Shown piece by piece: positions 1-9,148 of a stretch of DNA of 36,383 nucleotides; the stretch's first letter is position 1, and the number at the start of each line of letters is the position of its first letter. Origin of the DNA: a virus. Its lineage: Duplodnaviria > Caudoviricetes. The stretch spans positions 1 to 36,383 of the IMG/VR virus record IMGVR_UViG_3300026302_000081; one strand, given 5' to 3'. The notes below the pieces were generated by a model that was not told where the DNA came from, did not search any database, and worked only from the letters and a program-made list of their open reading frames with translations. Position numbers and translations under genes: made by a program.

Positions 1-441
1 TCACGCGCTCGGTTTGGCCGGCTGAGTGTTGGCGAGCATGGCAGCCTCGACCTCGATCCGTCTACCTGTCTTGAGGCTCTCGCGATATTCGGCGTAGCGG
101 GCCTTCTTCTCGGCCGCATCCTTTTCAGCCTGCTCGGCGGCGGCGCGTTTCTCCGGCGCCTCTAGTATGGCACGGCTCGCCTTTGTCGCCTCGGCAATTT
201 CCTGCAGCACCTTGAGATGTTCGGTGCCGCAGCTCGCCTGCTCTTTCACGGCGTTGATCAAGCCGAAAAACCCGACGCAAAGAATGAAGGATAACGCGGC
301 GAAGCCAAAGCCGAGCCTCGCGACCATTTGCTGGAATACGGTCGCGCCCGCTCGGCCCTCAATCGCAACGACATCCAAGCCGGCCACGAAGGCCCCCATC
401 AACGCGAAGGCGCCAAGCACGCCTAATATGAACCGCGACAT
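1..441 (-). CDS. Hypothetical membrane protein (2 predicted TM helices plus coiled-coil tail)
   Basis: 146-aa ORF with two hydrophobic N-terminal segments; directly downstream of and co-oriented with the repressor. Confidence 0.7.
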   Translation of the reverse strand: MSRFILGVLGAFALMGAFVAGLDVVAIEGRAGATVFQQMVARLGFGFAALSFILCVGFFGLINAVKEQASCGTEHLKVLQEIAEATKASRAILEAPEKRAAAEQAEKDAAEKKARYAEYRESLKTGRRIEVEAAMLANTQPAKPSA

Positions 442-482
442 GACTAGCCTTCCTTATCCGCTTCGTGGGCACGCCTGCCCTG

Positions 483-1160
483 TCAGATCATTCTCGGCGT
501 CAGAAATGCACGGCCGGCGACGCGCAGCTGGTTGAAGTCTTCCGGCGACAGGCGCTCGACAGCGTAGAGGTCGCGATTGTCCGAAACAAGCATCGGCGTG
601 CCGTCGATCGCTTTCTGGAACCGTTTGAGCCGCAGGCCGTCCGGCGTCCTGAAGCCGTAGACCAGGCCGTCCATGAGCTCGACATCGGCGCGGTCGATCA
701 GGACCCACTGCCCGTCGTGAATCGTTGGATACATGCTATCGCCGCGCGCCTGGATGGCTTCGACCCGCGCGGGCGATCGCCCCCAACTCCGCACGAACGC
801 TTCAGGGAACTGCATGTAGCCGATCACCGGCTCGTCGCCGTTCTCCGCGCCGGGACCCGCAGAGGCGGACACGTCGCGCATGGGAATCAGGACAAGGTCC
901 TCTGAAATACGGTTTTCTGTATTCTCAGTCCCGGAAACGTCTTCGATCAGCATTGAAACGGGCACGCCGAGAGCGGGCGCGATCTTCCTGAGGGTCGAAA
1001 GGCGCGGGTCCGTCTTACCGGCAAGAATTGTGTTCAGCGTGCTGAGCGGCACGTCGGCAATGTCGGCAACCTTTTGATTTCCGCCAGCTTTTTTCACAAG
1101 TTCGCGCAGGCGACGAGCCATCGCATCTAACTCCGGATTTCCTCCGAAATCGCCCACCAT
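483..1160 (-). CDS. CI-like phage repressor (XRE HTH plus S24 peptidase domain)
   Basis: HTH (NQKVADIADVPLSTLNTIL...PRLSTLRKIA); S24 motifs SASAGPG, GDSMYP, LKR; GGAG upstream of ATG 1160; divergent from ner. Confidence 0.92.
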   Translation of the reverse strand: MVGDFGGNPELDAMARRLRELVKKAGGNQKVADIADVPLSTLNTILAGKTDPRLSTLRKIAPALGVPVSMLIEDVSGTENTENRISEDLVLIPMRDVSASAGPGAENGDEPVIGYMQFPEAFVRSWGRSPARVEAIQARGDSMYPTIHDGQWVLIDRADVELMDGLVYGFRTPDGLRLKRFQKAIDGTPMLVSDNRDLYAVERLSPEDFNQLRVAGRAFLTPRMI

Positions 1161-1246
1161 ACGAAACTCCGAACGGCGGTTGATTTCCGCTTGACGGAAA
1201 TACGAAACACCGTATTTTATGGTCATACAAGTTGCATTTCTACGCA
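1160..1246. promoter_or_regulatory. Immunity region: repressor operator-like sites and rightward early promoter
   Basis: TACGAAACTCCGAA (1160-1173); TACGAAACACCGTA (1201-1214, inside inverted repeat AAATACG-N6-CGTATTT); TTGACG 1191-1196 with TATTTT 1213-1218. Confidence 0.6.
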
Positions 1247-1288
1247 TGGTTACCACGCCGCGCGAGATTCCACGAGAGGGCACTTACG

Positions 1289-1555
1289 GTGGCGAAGAAC
1301 GACGGCTGGCATCCGCAAGACATCATCGCGGCGGTGCGCAAGAAAGGATCGAGCCTTCAGGCTCTCGGACGGGAGCACGGCTTCTCCAGGATCACTTTCA
1401 ACAAGGCCACCCGCGAGCGCTTCCCCCGCGCGCATCAGGTCATCGCCGAATTCCTCGGCGTCCCGCGCCAGACGATCTGGCCACAGTTCTACCATGCCGA
1501 TGGCACGCCCCGGACCTTCCGGCAGGTTCGCGCCGAAGCGGCGAGGGCTGCGTGA
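1289..1555 (+). CDS. ner: Ner/Nlp-family transcriptional regulator
   Basis: WHPQDIIAAVRKKGSSLQAL...IAEFLGVPRQTIWPQFY matches the Ner signature; first early gene; GTG start after GAGAGG. Confidence 0.9.
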   Translation: MAKNDGWHPQDIIAAVRKKGSSLQALGREHGFSRITFNKATRERFPRAHQVIAEFLGVPRQTIWPQFYHADGTPRTFRQVRAEAARAA

Positions 1556-2388
1556 TGGCCGAACGCGTGCTTTTCGGCGAGATCGTCGCCATTGCATTGA
1601 GCGAGATCGACGCCACGGATCGCCTCCGCCCCGTCGACCCGGCGCATGTCGAGGCCATCGCGCTCTCGATCGAACAAATTGGCCTGCAAAGCCCAATCAT
1701 TCTGCGCCCTGAAGGCAACCGCTACCAGCTCGTTGCCGGCTGGCATCGGCTTGCCGCCGTCGGTCGGCTCGGCTGGACCGATGTGGATGCCATCGTCAAG
1801 AACCTGACGGCGGAAGAGGCGCGCCTTGTCGAGATCGACGAGAACCTGATGCGCCGAGAGCTTTCGGCGCTCGACCGCGCGATCTTTCTGGCTGAACGCA
1901 AGGCGGTCTATGACCTCCTGCACCCGGAAACGACCAAGCCGGGGCGACGCAAGAAGGAATTGTCGCAAACATTGCGACAATTCGGCGAACGCTTCTCGAA
2001 GAATACCGCCAAAAGGCTCGGCATGTCCGAGAGGGCAGTCCAGCTCTGCCTTGAACTGGTCAAATCCCTCGCCCCGGAGGCGCGCGACGCGCTCCGCCTT
2101 TCCGCCCTCGCAGACAACCAGTCCGAACTCCTGAAGCTGGCGGCGCTGGAGCCTGAAAAACAGGTCGAGGCCGCGCGGCTGCTCGCCTCGGGCGCCGCCT
2201 CCAAGGTCAAGGGTGCGCGCGTCGCGCTCGGCCTCGACGTGATCGTCGAGGAAGACCCGCAGGAGAAGCTGTTCCAGTCGTTCCTCGCGCTCTGGGGGCG
2301 GGCTGACCAGCGCACCAAGGCGCGGATCGCCGTGCAGGTCTCCGGTGCGCCGGCGAAGGGCGCCAAGAAAGCCGGAGCCGGCGCATGA
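1555..2388 (+). CDS. ParB N-terminal (ParB/Srx) domain protein with HTH
   Basis: SIEQIGLQSPIILR...LVAGWHRLAA...EIDENLMRRELS; TGATG overlap with the ner stop. Confidence 0.85.
   Translation: MAERVLFGEIVAIALSEIDATDRLRPVDPAHVEAIALSIEQIGLQSPIILRPEGNRYQLVAGWHRLAAVGRLGWTDVDAIVKNLTAEEARLVEIDENLMRRELSALDRAIFLAERKAVYDLLHPETTKPGRRKKELSQTLRQFGERFSKNTAKRLGMSERAVQLCLELVKSLAPEARDALRLSALADNQSELLKLAALEPEKQVEAARLLASGAASKVKGARVALGLDVIVEEDPQEKLFQSFLALWGRADQRTKARIAVQVSGAPAKGAKKAGAGA
1957..1983. repeat. Perfect 12-3-12 inverted repeat inside the parB-like gene
   Basis: GAATTGTCGCAA-ACA-TTGCGACAATTC. Confidence 0.85.
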
Positions 2389-4595
2389 AGCTCTGGTATT
2401 CCGCAGCCGAACTCGCCGAACTGGCACTTCCGGGCCTGCCCGAACGGCAGGAGAGCATCATCCGCTTTGCGGACCGCAAGGGCTGGAACCGGCATCCGCG
2501 TTTCGCGCGGGAGCGTGCCGGGCGTGGCGGCGGCATGGAATACCGGATCGAGTTGCTCCCGGTTGACGCCCGGATGCACCTTCTTGCCCGCTTCGTCGAG
2601 CCCGACGCCGGCGCGGCCGAAACCGCCGCCGCGCCGGACTATGCCGGATCGAACCCGGCGACCAAAGGCGCGATGGAAGCGCGCGATGCGCGCCTGCACC
2701 TCGTCGGGATGTTCAAGGTTTGGCACGCGAATGTCGGCCTCGGCACCTTCACCGCCGTCGCGACCTTCGCGGACCTCTACAACGCCGGCCACGTCGAAGC
2801 GCCAATCTGGGTCGCGGGACAGATCAGGACAGTTTCAGGCCGCACGCTGTGGCGCTGGCTGCAGGCGACGCGTGCCGGTGAGGTCGACCGGCTCGGCGTC
2901 GATCGCGGCGCATCGCGGCGCGGCAAGGGCATCATGGACGAGGCAGAGGGCGGCGCGCTCAAGGCGAAAATTCTCGCCCTGCACGCCCATCAACCGCACC
3001 TCTCGGCCGACCATATCCGCACGATCTGCCGCGACCAGTTCGGCGACACCGTCGCGTATCGGGGAGAGCGGGTCGCGATGCCGACGATCCGCGCCTTTCA
3101 AACGGTTTTGAAGAAGCTGAAATCGACGCACCGGGCCGAACTTCTCGCGCTTCACAATCCCGATGCTTTCAAGAGCCGGATGCGGGTTTCCGGGTCGTCC
3201 GCGCATCTGATCCGGCGCCTCAACGAGCAGTGGCAGATCGACGCTTCGCCGGTGGATGCACTGTGCAAGGATGGCCGGCATTCGGTCTATGTCTGCGTTG
3301 ACGTCTTCTCGCGGCGCATCATCACCTATGTCAGCCGCACTCCGCGCGCCGAGGCGGTCGGCCTCCTGCTCAAGAAGGCGCTGCTCGCATGGGGCGTGCC
3401 GGAGCGGATCAAGACCGACAACGGCTCGGATTTCGTGGCGCGGCAGACAAAGCGCCTCCTAGCCGCCCTCAAGATCGAGACCGAGACCTCCGCGCCCTTC
3501 AGCCCGGAGCAGAAGGGCGTCGTAGAGCGCGCGATCGGCACCATGCAACGCGATCTCATGCCGACCCTGCCGGGCTTCATCGGCCATTCGGTCGCGGACC
3601 GGAAAGCCATCGAGAACCGCAAGGCATTCTCGAAACGTCTCGGGCAGGATGACGCCCGCGCCTTTCAGGTCGATCTCTCGGCCTCCGAACTCGCAAACTA
3701 CCTCGATAGCTGGTGCGAAGACCGCTACGCCCACCGGCCGAATGGCGGCATCGGCAAGGCCACACCGTTTCAGGTCTACGCCGCAAGCCGCGATACCGTG
3801 CGCCGGATCGAGAGCGAGGCCGCGCTGGCCGTGTTGCTCGCGCCGGTCGCGGGCAAGGATGGCATCCGTCAGGTCGGCAAGCTCGGCGTTCGGATCGACG
3901 GCTCGCATTACCTCGCGCCGGGCGTCATGCCGGGCGAGACGGTGCTGGTGCGCATGGACCCGGCGGACATGGGCCGGGCCTTCCTCTTTGCCGAGGATGG
4001 CGAGACGTTCCGCGCCATCGCCGTCTGCCCGGAACTTGCCGGGGTCGATCCGGCCGCAGCCGTCGCTGCCGCGCAGGCTGCGCAGAAGGCTTATGTCGCC
4101 GAGCGGGTTGCACCGCTGCGCAAGGAAGCCGCGAGGATCAAGCCGCGCGACATGGTCGATGCCATCGCCCGGCAGGCGGCGAAGGACGCGGGCAAGCTCA
4201 CCGAGTTCCCGAAGCGCACCGCTGCCTATTCCTCGCCCGCACTTGAAGGCGCCGCCGAGACCGATCTCGCCCTCGATATCCTGAAGGGCAAACGGGCGCC
4301 GGCGGTCTCCAGACCGAGCGCGGCCGAAGTTGACATGCTCGCAAGGATCGAAGCCGAGATCGCCCAAGGCGCGAACGACGATGCCGCGCCTGCGCCGGCC
4401 AAGGTCAAGCCTCTTCGCACGAGCGAGACACCGCATCAGCGCTACCGCCGCGCGCTCGATCTCGAAGCGCGGATCGCGGCCGGCGAACAGCTCGAAAACG
4501 ACGAGGCGATCTGGCTGGGCTCCTACCGGACATCGGCCGAGTTCAAGGGCCTGCAGGACATGCACAAGGAATTCGGGGAGGCGGCGTTGCGTTAA
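2385..4595 (+). CDS. MuA-like DDE transposase
   Basis: N-terminal Mu DNA-binding domain (WYSAAELAELALPGLP); catalytic motifs WQIDASP, IKTDNGSDF, KGVVERAI; 736 aa. Confidence 0.95.
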   Translation: MKLWYSAAELAELALPGLPERQESIIRFADRKGWNRHPRFARERAGRGGGMEYRIELLPVDARMHLLARFVEPDAGAAETAAAPDYAGSNPATKGAMEARDARLHLVGMFKVWHANVGLGTFTAVATFADLYNAGHVEAPIWVAGQIRTVSGRTLWRWLQATRAGEVDRLGVDRGASRRGKGIMDEAEGGALKAKILALHAHQPHLSADHIRTICRDQFGDTVAYRGERVAMPTIRAFQTVLKKLKSTHRAELLALHNPDAFKSRMRVSGSSAHLIRRLNEQWQIDASPVDALCKDGRHSVYVCVDVFSRRIITYVSRTPRAEAVGLLLKKALLAWGVPERIKTDNGSDFVARQTKRLLAALKIETETSAPFSPEQKGVVERAIGTMQRDLMPTLPGFIGHSVADRKAIENRKAFSKRLGQDDARAFQVDLSASELANYLDSWCEDRYAHRPNGGIGKATPFQVYAASRDTVRRIESEAALAVLLAPVAGKDGIRQVGKLGVRIDGSHYLAPGVMPGETVLVRMDPADMGRAFLFAEDGETFRAIAVCPELAGVDPAAAVAAAQAAQKAYVAERVAPLRKEAARIKPRDMVDAIARQAAKDAGKLTEFPKRTAAYSSPALEGAAETDLALDILKGKRAPAVSRPSAAEVDMLARIEAEIAQGANDDAAPAPAKVKPLRTSETPHQRYRRALDLEARIAAGEQLENDEAIWLGSYRTSAEFKGLQDMHKEFGEAALR

Positions 4596-4604
4596 GGCGC
4601 CCCG

Positions 4605-4635
4605 AAAAAATGACGCCCCGGCGTGAACCGGGGCG
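4605..4635 (-). terminator. Hairpin between A and B; intrinsic-terminator-like on the minus strand
   Basis: CGCCCCGG-N6-CCGGGGCG (4614-4635) preceded by A6, which is a U-tract on the minus strand. Confidence 0.5.
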
Positions 4636-4660
4636 CGAAGTCTCAGCAAAGGAACGATAC

Positions 4661-5431
4661 ATGACCAAACACAAGGAAATCAAGACGGAGACGCCAAGCG
4701 CGACAACGCCCCGCTTCGCGCCGCTCCGCAACGTCTCCGCCATGCGCGTGCTCGTCGAACGCATGACCTCGCGCGGCGCCCATCTTCCGGGCTTCGGCGT
4801 GTTCCACGGCTATTCGGGCTACGGCAAGACCTATGCCGCGATCTACGCCCAGAACCGCACCGGTGGGCCGCGCGTCGAGATCGGCGACAGCTGGACCAAG
4901 CGCACCCTGCTGCGCGCGCTTCTCAAGGAACTCGGCGTCAACGAACCGCGCGGCACCGTGGCCGATCTCGCCGAGCAACTGATCATGCGGCTTGCCGAGC
5001 CCGGCCATCCGCCGGTCTTCATCGACGAGGCCGACAAGCTCGTCGACAAGAACATGATCGAGCTCGTTCGCGAGGTGCAGGAGGCGAGCCAATGCCCCTT
5101 CATCCTGATCGGCGAGGAACTCCTGCCGCAGAAGCTGGAACGCTCGGAGCGCACGCATAACCGCGTCCTCGAATTCGTCACGGCCGAGGCCTGCGACCTT
5201 GAAGACGCCCGCAAGCTCGCCAACGCGTTGGCACCCGGCTTCCTGTTCTCTGACGGGCTTCTCGACCGCATCCGCGCCGAGAGCGAAGGCCGTGCCCGGC
5301 GCATCGTCACCAACATCGACCGTTGCGTCGAATGGGCGCGTGCCCACGGCCAGCGCGAGCTGGATGAGAGCTACGCGGGCGGTTTCTACACTGGCCGCTC
5401 GCCGGTCCGGGGCGCACGGAGGGTTGCGTGA
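4661..5431 (+). CDS. MuB-like AAA+ transposition ATPase
   Basis: Walker A GYSGYGKT, Walker B VFIDEAD, LIGEE; directly after the transposase. Confidence 0.93.
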   Translation: MTKHKEIKTETPSATTPRFAPLRNVSAMRVLVERMTSRGAHLPGFGVFHGYSGYGKTYAAIYAQNRTGGPRVEIGDSWTKRTLLRALLKELGVNEPRGTVADLAEQLIMRLAEPGHPPVFIDEADKLVDKNMIELVREVQEASQCPFILIGEELLPQKLERSERTHNRVLEFVTAEACDLEDARKLANALAPGFLFSDGLLDRIRAESEGRARRIVTNIDRCVEWARAHGQRELDESYAGGFYTGRSPVRGARRVA

Positions 5432-6063
5432 TGATGAGCGCCGTCCGTTCTATCCTCTGTTTCGACGCCATGCGCGCGGCGACCCGTCGCTCGAAAGGCT
5501 TCTCTGTTGCCGACATCGCCACCGGCGATTTCCGCGAGACCGAAGTGCGCGCCTATCTCCGGCTCTGCATGGCCCGAGGCGCGGTCGAGATCGTTCCGGA
5601 GCGCCGGACGCGCGCCGGGCGTCACGTCATCCTTTACCGGGCCGTCGACGATCTTCCGCCGCTGCTCCCGCCGACGGACGACGAGGCACCGCAGGTTCGC
5701 AAGCTGTTGATGGCCCGGCTGGTCACGCGCAAGCGGGATGCAGACCTCGCGGCCAAGCAATCGAACATGTGGACCGCCCTTCGCGCGCTTCGCGTCGTTG
5801 ACGCCCGTGCGCTAGCCTTCCACGCCCGGACCGAGGACGTGCAGATTTCGACGGACACAGCGCGGCTCTACCTCGGGCGGCTGTTTCTGGCGAACTACGT
5901 CTCCAGCGGCGGCGACGGCTATTTCCGCCTTTCCGCCGCGAAAAACACCGGCCCGTTCGCCGTGCTGGCGATGCACGGTCTCGTCGTCGATCTCAATTTG
6001 ATGCGGCCGGTTAACGTTACCGCTCAACCTCTCCTTCAGCACGACGACGGGAGGGCAGCATGA
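5428..6063 (+). CDS. Conserved Mu-like early protein (probable winged-helix DNA-binding)
   Basis: Overlapping start and stop with neighbours; NMWTALRALR...ARLYL...NTGP pattern typical of the gene after B. Confidence 0.65.
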   Translation: MMMSAVRSILCFDAMRAATRRSKGFSVADIATGDFRETEVRAYLRLCMARGAVEIVPERRTRAGRHVILYRAVDDLPPLLPPTDDEAPQVRKLLMARLVTRKRDADLAAKQSNMWTALRALRVVDARALAFHARTEDVQISTDTARLYLGRLFLANYVSSGGDGYFRLSAAKNTGPFAVLAMHGLVVDLNLMRPVNVTAQPLLQHDDGRAA

Positions 6064-6470
6064 AGCGCGGCCCTCGCACCGGAACCCAGAACGCGCGGCT
6101 CGATCCGCTCGAAAAGGCCCGCGTCGCATGGGGCGACGATCTCCCGCCGGAGATCGAGGCGCTGGCCCGCGCCTGCCGCGAGGCGACCGCCGCTTCGGTG
6201 GCCACTCGCCTCGGCTATTCGGGCGCGCTGGTCTCGCACCTTCTCGCCCGGAAATACCCTGGCGACGTCGCACTCGCCTTCGCGAAGATCAGGGGCGCCT
6301 TCATGGGCGAACAGGTGGATTGCCCGATCCTCGGTCCGGTCCCCACCACGCGCTGTCTCGACGAGCAGAAGCGGCCGTTCTCGGTCACGAACTCCATCCG
6401 GGCGCGGCTTTTCCATGCCTGCCGCGCCTGCCCCCGGAACCGGAAAAATCAGGAGAAGAGCGATGGTTGA
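6060..6470 (+). CDS. HTH transcriptional regulator with Cys-rich C-terminus
   Basis: VATRLGYSGALVSHLL HTH; CPILG...C...CRACP. Confidence 0.75.
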   Translation: MKRGPRTGTQNARLDPLEKARVAWGDDLPPEIEALARACREATAASVATRLGYSGALVSHLLARKYPGDVALAFAKIRGAFMGEQVDCPILGPVPTTRCLDEQKRPFSVTNSIRARLFHACRACPRNRKNQEKSDG

Positions 6471-6750
6471 ATTCTCGCTCGCCGAGGAACTGCGCTTCCT
6501 CGCTGCCCAATGCGTGGCCCATGCCGAAGGCACGCACCGTGATCAGGACCGTCAGTTCGTTGCGGCGCTCGTGATGCAACTGACGGTGCTCGGGGAAGAC
6601 GCCGGCAATGCCGCCGCGCTGTTGAGGCCGGCGGTCAACACCTGTCCCGCAGACGAACTGCCGGACCTGATCCGGCTGGCTGCGCTCGCGCTCCATCAAG
6701 GCGCTCGCCTCGCGGAGCTTGGTGCCGAGCGAAAGGCGGTGGCGGCATGA
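6463..6750 (+). CDS. Hypothetical protein
   Basis: AGGAG RBS; overlaps both neighbours. Confidence 0.6.
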   Translation: MVEFSLAEELRFLAAQCVAHAEGTHRDQDRQFVAALVMQLTVLGEDAGNAAALLRPAVNTCPADELPDLIRLAALALHQGARLAELGAERKAVAA

Positions 6751-7595
6751 ACGCGCTCGCTTTCCGCCCCCTTGATGAGGCCGGCCCGGCGCTCGCGGCC
6801 ACGCATCCCGAGCCGACGCTCACCGGCATCCTCGCCTATGTCGCCTCGGCCTATGAGATCGACGAGGGCCATATCCGTCTCGGTGCCGACGATCTCGCGG
6901 CCGGCGCGCGCGACGAGTTCCTCTGGCTCTGCGAGCAGTTGAAGGCCGTCTCGGCACTCGCCTGCGCATCCTACATCGGCGCGCCGGTCTCGGATGTCAT
7001 CGGCGCGATTGCCAATGTCGAGCGACAGCGTGCGACCGATCGCGACCTCCGCGACCGGCTCGACGAGGCCTGCCTCACGCTCCATTGCGAGGCGATGGCG
7101 CTGGCGCGGCTCGACCGGCCGGCACCCGAGAGTTCGCGCCCGGTCGATATCGCCCGCCGCGTCATGGTCTCGCGCCGCGCGGCTGGCATGGCCAGCGTCG
7201 AGGATATCCAGTCGCTCGCCGGCGGTTATCTATCGTTGATGGCCGATCGTGACGCCGAGGCGCTGCACCGGGAGCTCGACGCCGTTCGGCATGAAGTGGC
7301 TGCGAGCGCAGACGCCAACGAACGCCTGCGCGCTGAGCTGGCCTCGGCCGAGCGCGAGGCCACGCTGGCGAAAGCCCGCTGGACTGAGCCCGCGCCACGG
7401 CCGGAAACGCCCGTTCCGGTCAGCCGACCGCACCCGCTCGAAGCTCTGCTCCACGAGTTTGTGCTCGCAGCGGCGGAGGTCGATCGCGCCTCCGGCCCCT
7501 ACGAGCGCACCGCCCGCATCCGGTTCGACAAGGCCTGCCAGACGCTCGCGCTGGCCGGCGAGAAACATTTCAGCATCAAGAGGACCTTCAAATGA
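6747..7595 (+). CDS. Protein with degenerate DnaA domain IV-like N-terminus and coiled coil
   Basis: TLTGILAYVASAYEI...ARDEFLWLCEQL...S...IG...VIGAIANVERQRATD pattern aligned by eye. Confidence 0.55.
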   Translation: MNALAFRPLDEAGPALAATHPEPTLTGILAYVASAYEIDEGHIRLGADDLAAGARDEFLWLCEQLKAVSALACASYIGAPVSDVIGAIANVERQRATDRDLRDRLDEACLTLHCEAMALARLDRPAPESSRPVDIARRVMVSRRAAGMASVEDIQSLAGGYLSLMADRDAEALHRELDAVRHEVAASADANERLRAELASAEREATLAKARWTEPAPRPETPVPVSRPHPLEALLHEFVLAAAEVDRASGPYERTARIRFDKACQTLALAGEKHFSIKRTFK

Positions 7596-8224
7596 GCACT
7601 GATACCAACACCATCGAGATCGAAGGCAAGCTCTACCTGCGCGACGCCAAGGGCGCACTGATCCCGGTCGAGACCGTCAAGGCGCAGCACAAGCTGGAGG
7701 ACGAGGTTGTCCGCAAGGTCATGGGCTTCGCGCGCGATCTCTCCGGCCAGATCGCCCGCTTCAAGTCGCACACCTTCGAAGACCTCAACGGCTTCCAGAC
7801 CTTGCTGGAGCAGGAATACGGCGCACGCGCCGGCGGCGCGAAGGGCAACGTCACCTTCCAGTCCTTCGACGGGCTGCAGAAGGTGCAGGTTCAGATCGCC
7901 GACCAGATCGCCTTCGGGCCGGAGCTGCAGAGCGCGAAGAAGCTGATCGACGAATGCCTGCTCGAATGGGGCGCACAGAGCCATGAGGCGATCCGCGCGC
8001 TCGTGAACCGCGTGTTCTCGGTCGAGAAGGAGGGCCAGATCAACCGGGCCGAACTGTTCTCGCTCCTGCGCCTCGACGTGAGCGATGATCGCTGGAGCCG
8101 GGCTATGGACGCCATCCGCGATGCGATACGCGTCGTCGGCACCAAGGCTTACGTCCGCTTCTACGAGCGCGCCGCATCCGATGCCCCTTGGCGCGCGGTC
8201 ACGATCGACCTTGCGGCGGCGTGA
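7592..8224 (+). CDS. DUF3164 family Mu-like phage protein
   Basis: DAKGALIP, GGAKGNVTFQSFDG, FGPELQSAKKLIDECL, YVRFYER. Confidence 0.88.
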   Translation: MSTDTNTIEIEGKLYLRDAKGALIPVETVKAQHKLEDEVVRKVMGFARDLSGQIARFKSHTFEDLNGFQTLLEQEYGARAGGAKGNVTFQSFDGLQKVQVQIADQIAFGPELQSAKKLIDECLLEWGAQSHEAIRALVNRVFSVEKEGQINRAELFSLLRLDVSDDRWSRAMDAIRDAIRVVGTKAYVRFYERAASDAPWRAVTIDLAAA

Positions 8225-8233
8225 GGGCGAAGC

Positions 8234-8704
8234 ATGACCCGTCCCGCACTCTCCCGAACCCGGTTGATCCAGAAGATCCACGTCGCCAAGCGCCAGCTCG
8301 GTCTCGAGGAGGCGGATTACCGCGCCTTCCTCTGCACCGCGACCGGCAAGGATAGCGCCGGCGCGATGTCCGATGTCGAGCTTCAGACGGCGCTCTCGGC
8401 CTTCGAGGCGCTCGGCTTTCAATCGAGCTTCAAGGGCGCGCCGGACGGCAAGAAATCGTCCCGCCCGGTCGTCCGCCTGATCTTCGGGCTCTGGACCGAA
8501 CTCGGCCGGCGCGCGCTGATCGAGCGCCCTGACCGCAAGGCGCTTCTCTCGTTTGTCGAGCGCATGACCCGCCCGCCCGGCGGCGCTCCGGGCTCCGGCA
8601 TCGGCCATCCCGATTGGCTCGACAACGCGCAGGCCAACAAGATCGTCGAGGCGCTCAAGGCGATCCGCGATCGGGGAAAATCCAAACAGGGAGCCTCCGC
8701 ATGA
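8234..8704 (+). CDS. gemA: GemA/gp16 (DUF1018) family protein
   Basis: LIQKIHVAKRQLGLEEADYRAFL...TGKDS...QANKIVEALK. Confidence 0.85.
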   Translation: MTRPALSRTRLIQKIHVAKRQLGLEEADYRAFLCTATGKDSAGAMSDVELQTALSAFEALGFQSSFKGAPDGKKSSRPVVRLIFGLWTELGRRALIERPDRKALLSFVERMTRPPGGAPGSGIGHPDWLDNAQANKIVEALKAIRDRGKSKQGASA

Positions 8705-9147
8705 CGCCCTCCATCGCCGTCCGCTTCTGTGACCTCGGCTGGCCGATCATCTCGCCGCTGATCTCCTGGCATTCGGGAAGCTGGATCAATCATTGCGATC
8801 TCGTCCTCAACGCGGGGCTGGTCTCGGCGATGCCGGTTTCCGGCGTCCGGTTGCGCACGCCCGCCTCGCTGCCCGCGAAGCGCGAACTGACGATCGCGCT
8901 GCACTGCACGCCCGAGCAGCATTCCCATGCCGCCGTCTTCGCGGCCGCCCAGATCGGCAAGCACTATGATTACTTCGGGACGCTGGCGTTCCCGTTCCGC
9001 CCGCCGTGGAACGACAAGGGCCGCTGGTTCTGCTCCGAGCTCACCGCCGCCTGCCTCCACGAGGCCGGCATCATCACCGTTCCGAAGAAGGCCAGCCGGA
9101 TCTCGCCGGCCTATCTGTTCCAGCTCTGCGGGGGCATCGAGCGCTGA
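8701..9147 (+). CDS. Permuted papain-like NlpC/P60 (YiiX/YebB-like) cysteine hydrolase
   Basis: NHCDL...QIGKHYD...WFCSEL; His precedes Cys. Confidence 0.8.
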   Translation: MTPSIAVRFCDLGWPIISPLISWHSGSWINHCDLVLNAGLVSAMPVSGVRLRTPASLPAKRELTIALHCTPEQHSHAAVFAAAQIGKHYDYFGTLAFPFRPPWNDKGRWFCSELTAACLHEAGIITVPKKASRISPAYLFQLCGGIER

Positions 9148-9148
9148 T

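Noticed and set aside
1219..1554. N-terminal extension of the ParB ORF to 1219 (similarly the extended starts at 18679, 20902, 23066, 31791)
   Set aside because: Extensions overlap better-supported upstream genes; downstream starts have an RBS or translational coupling.
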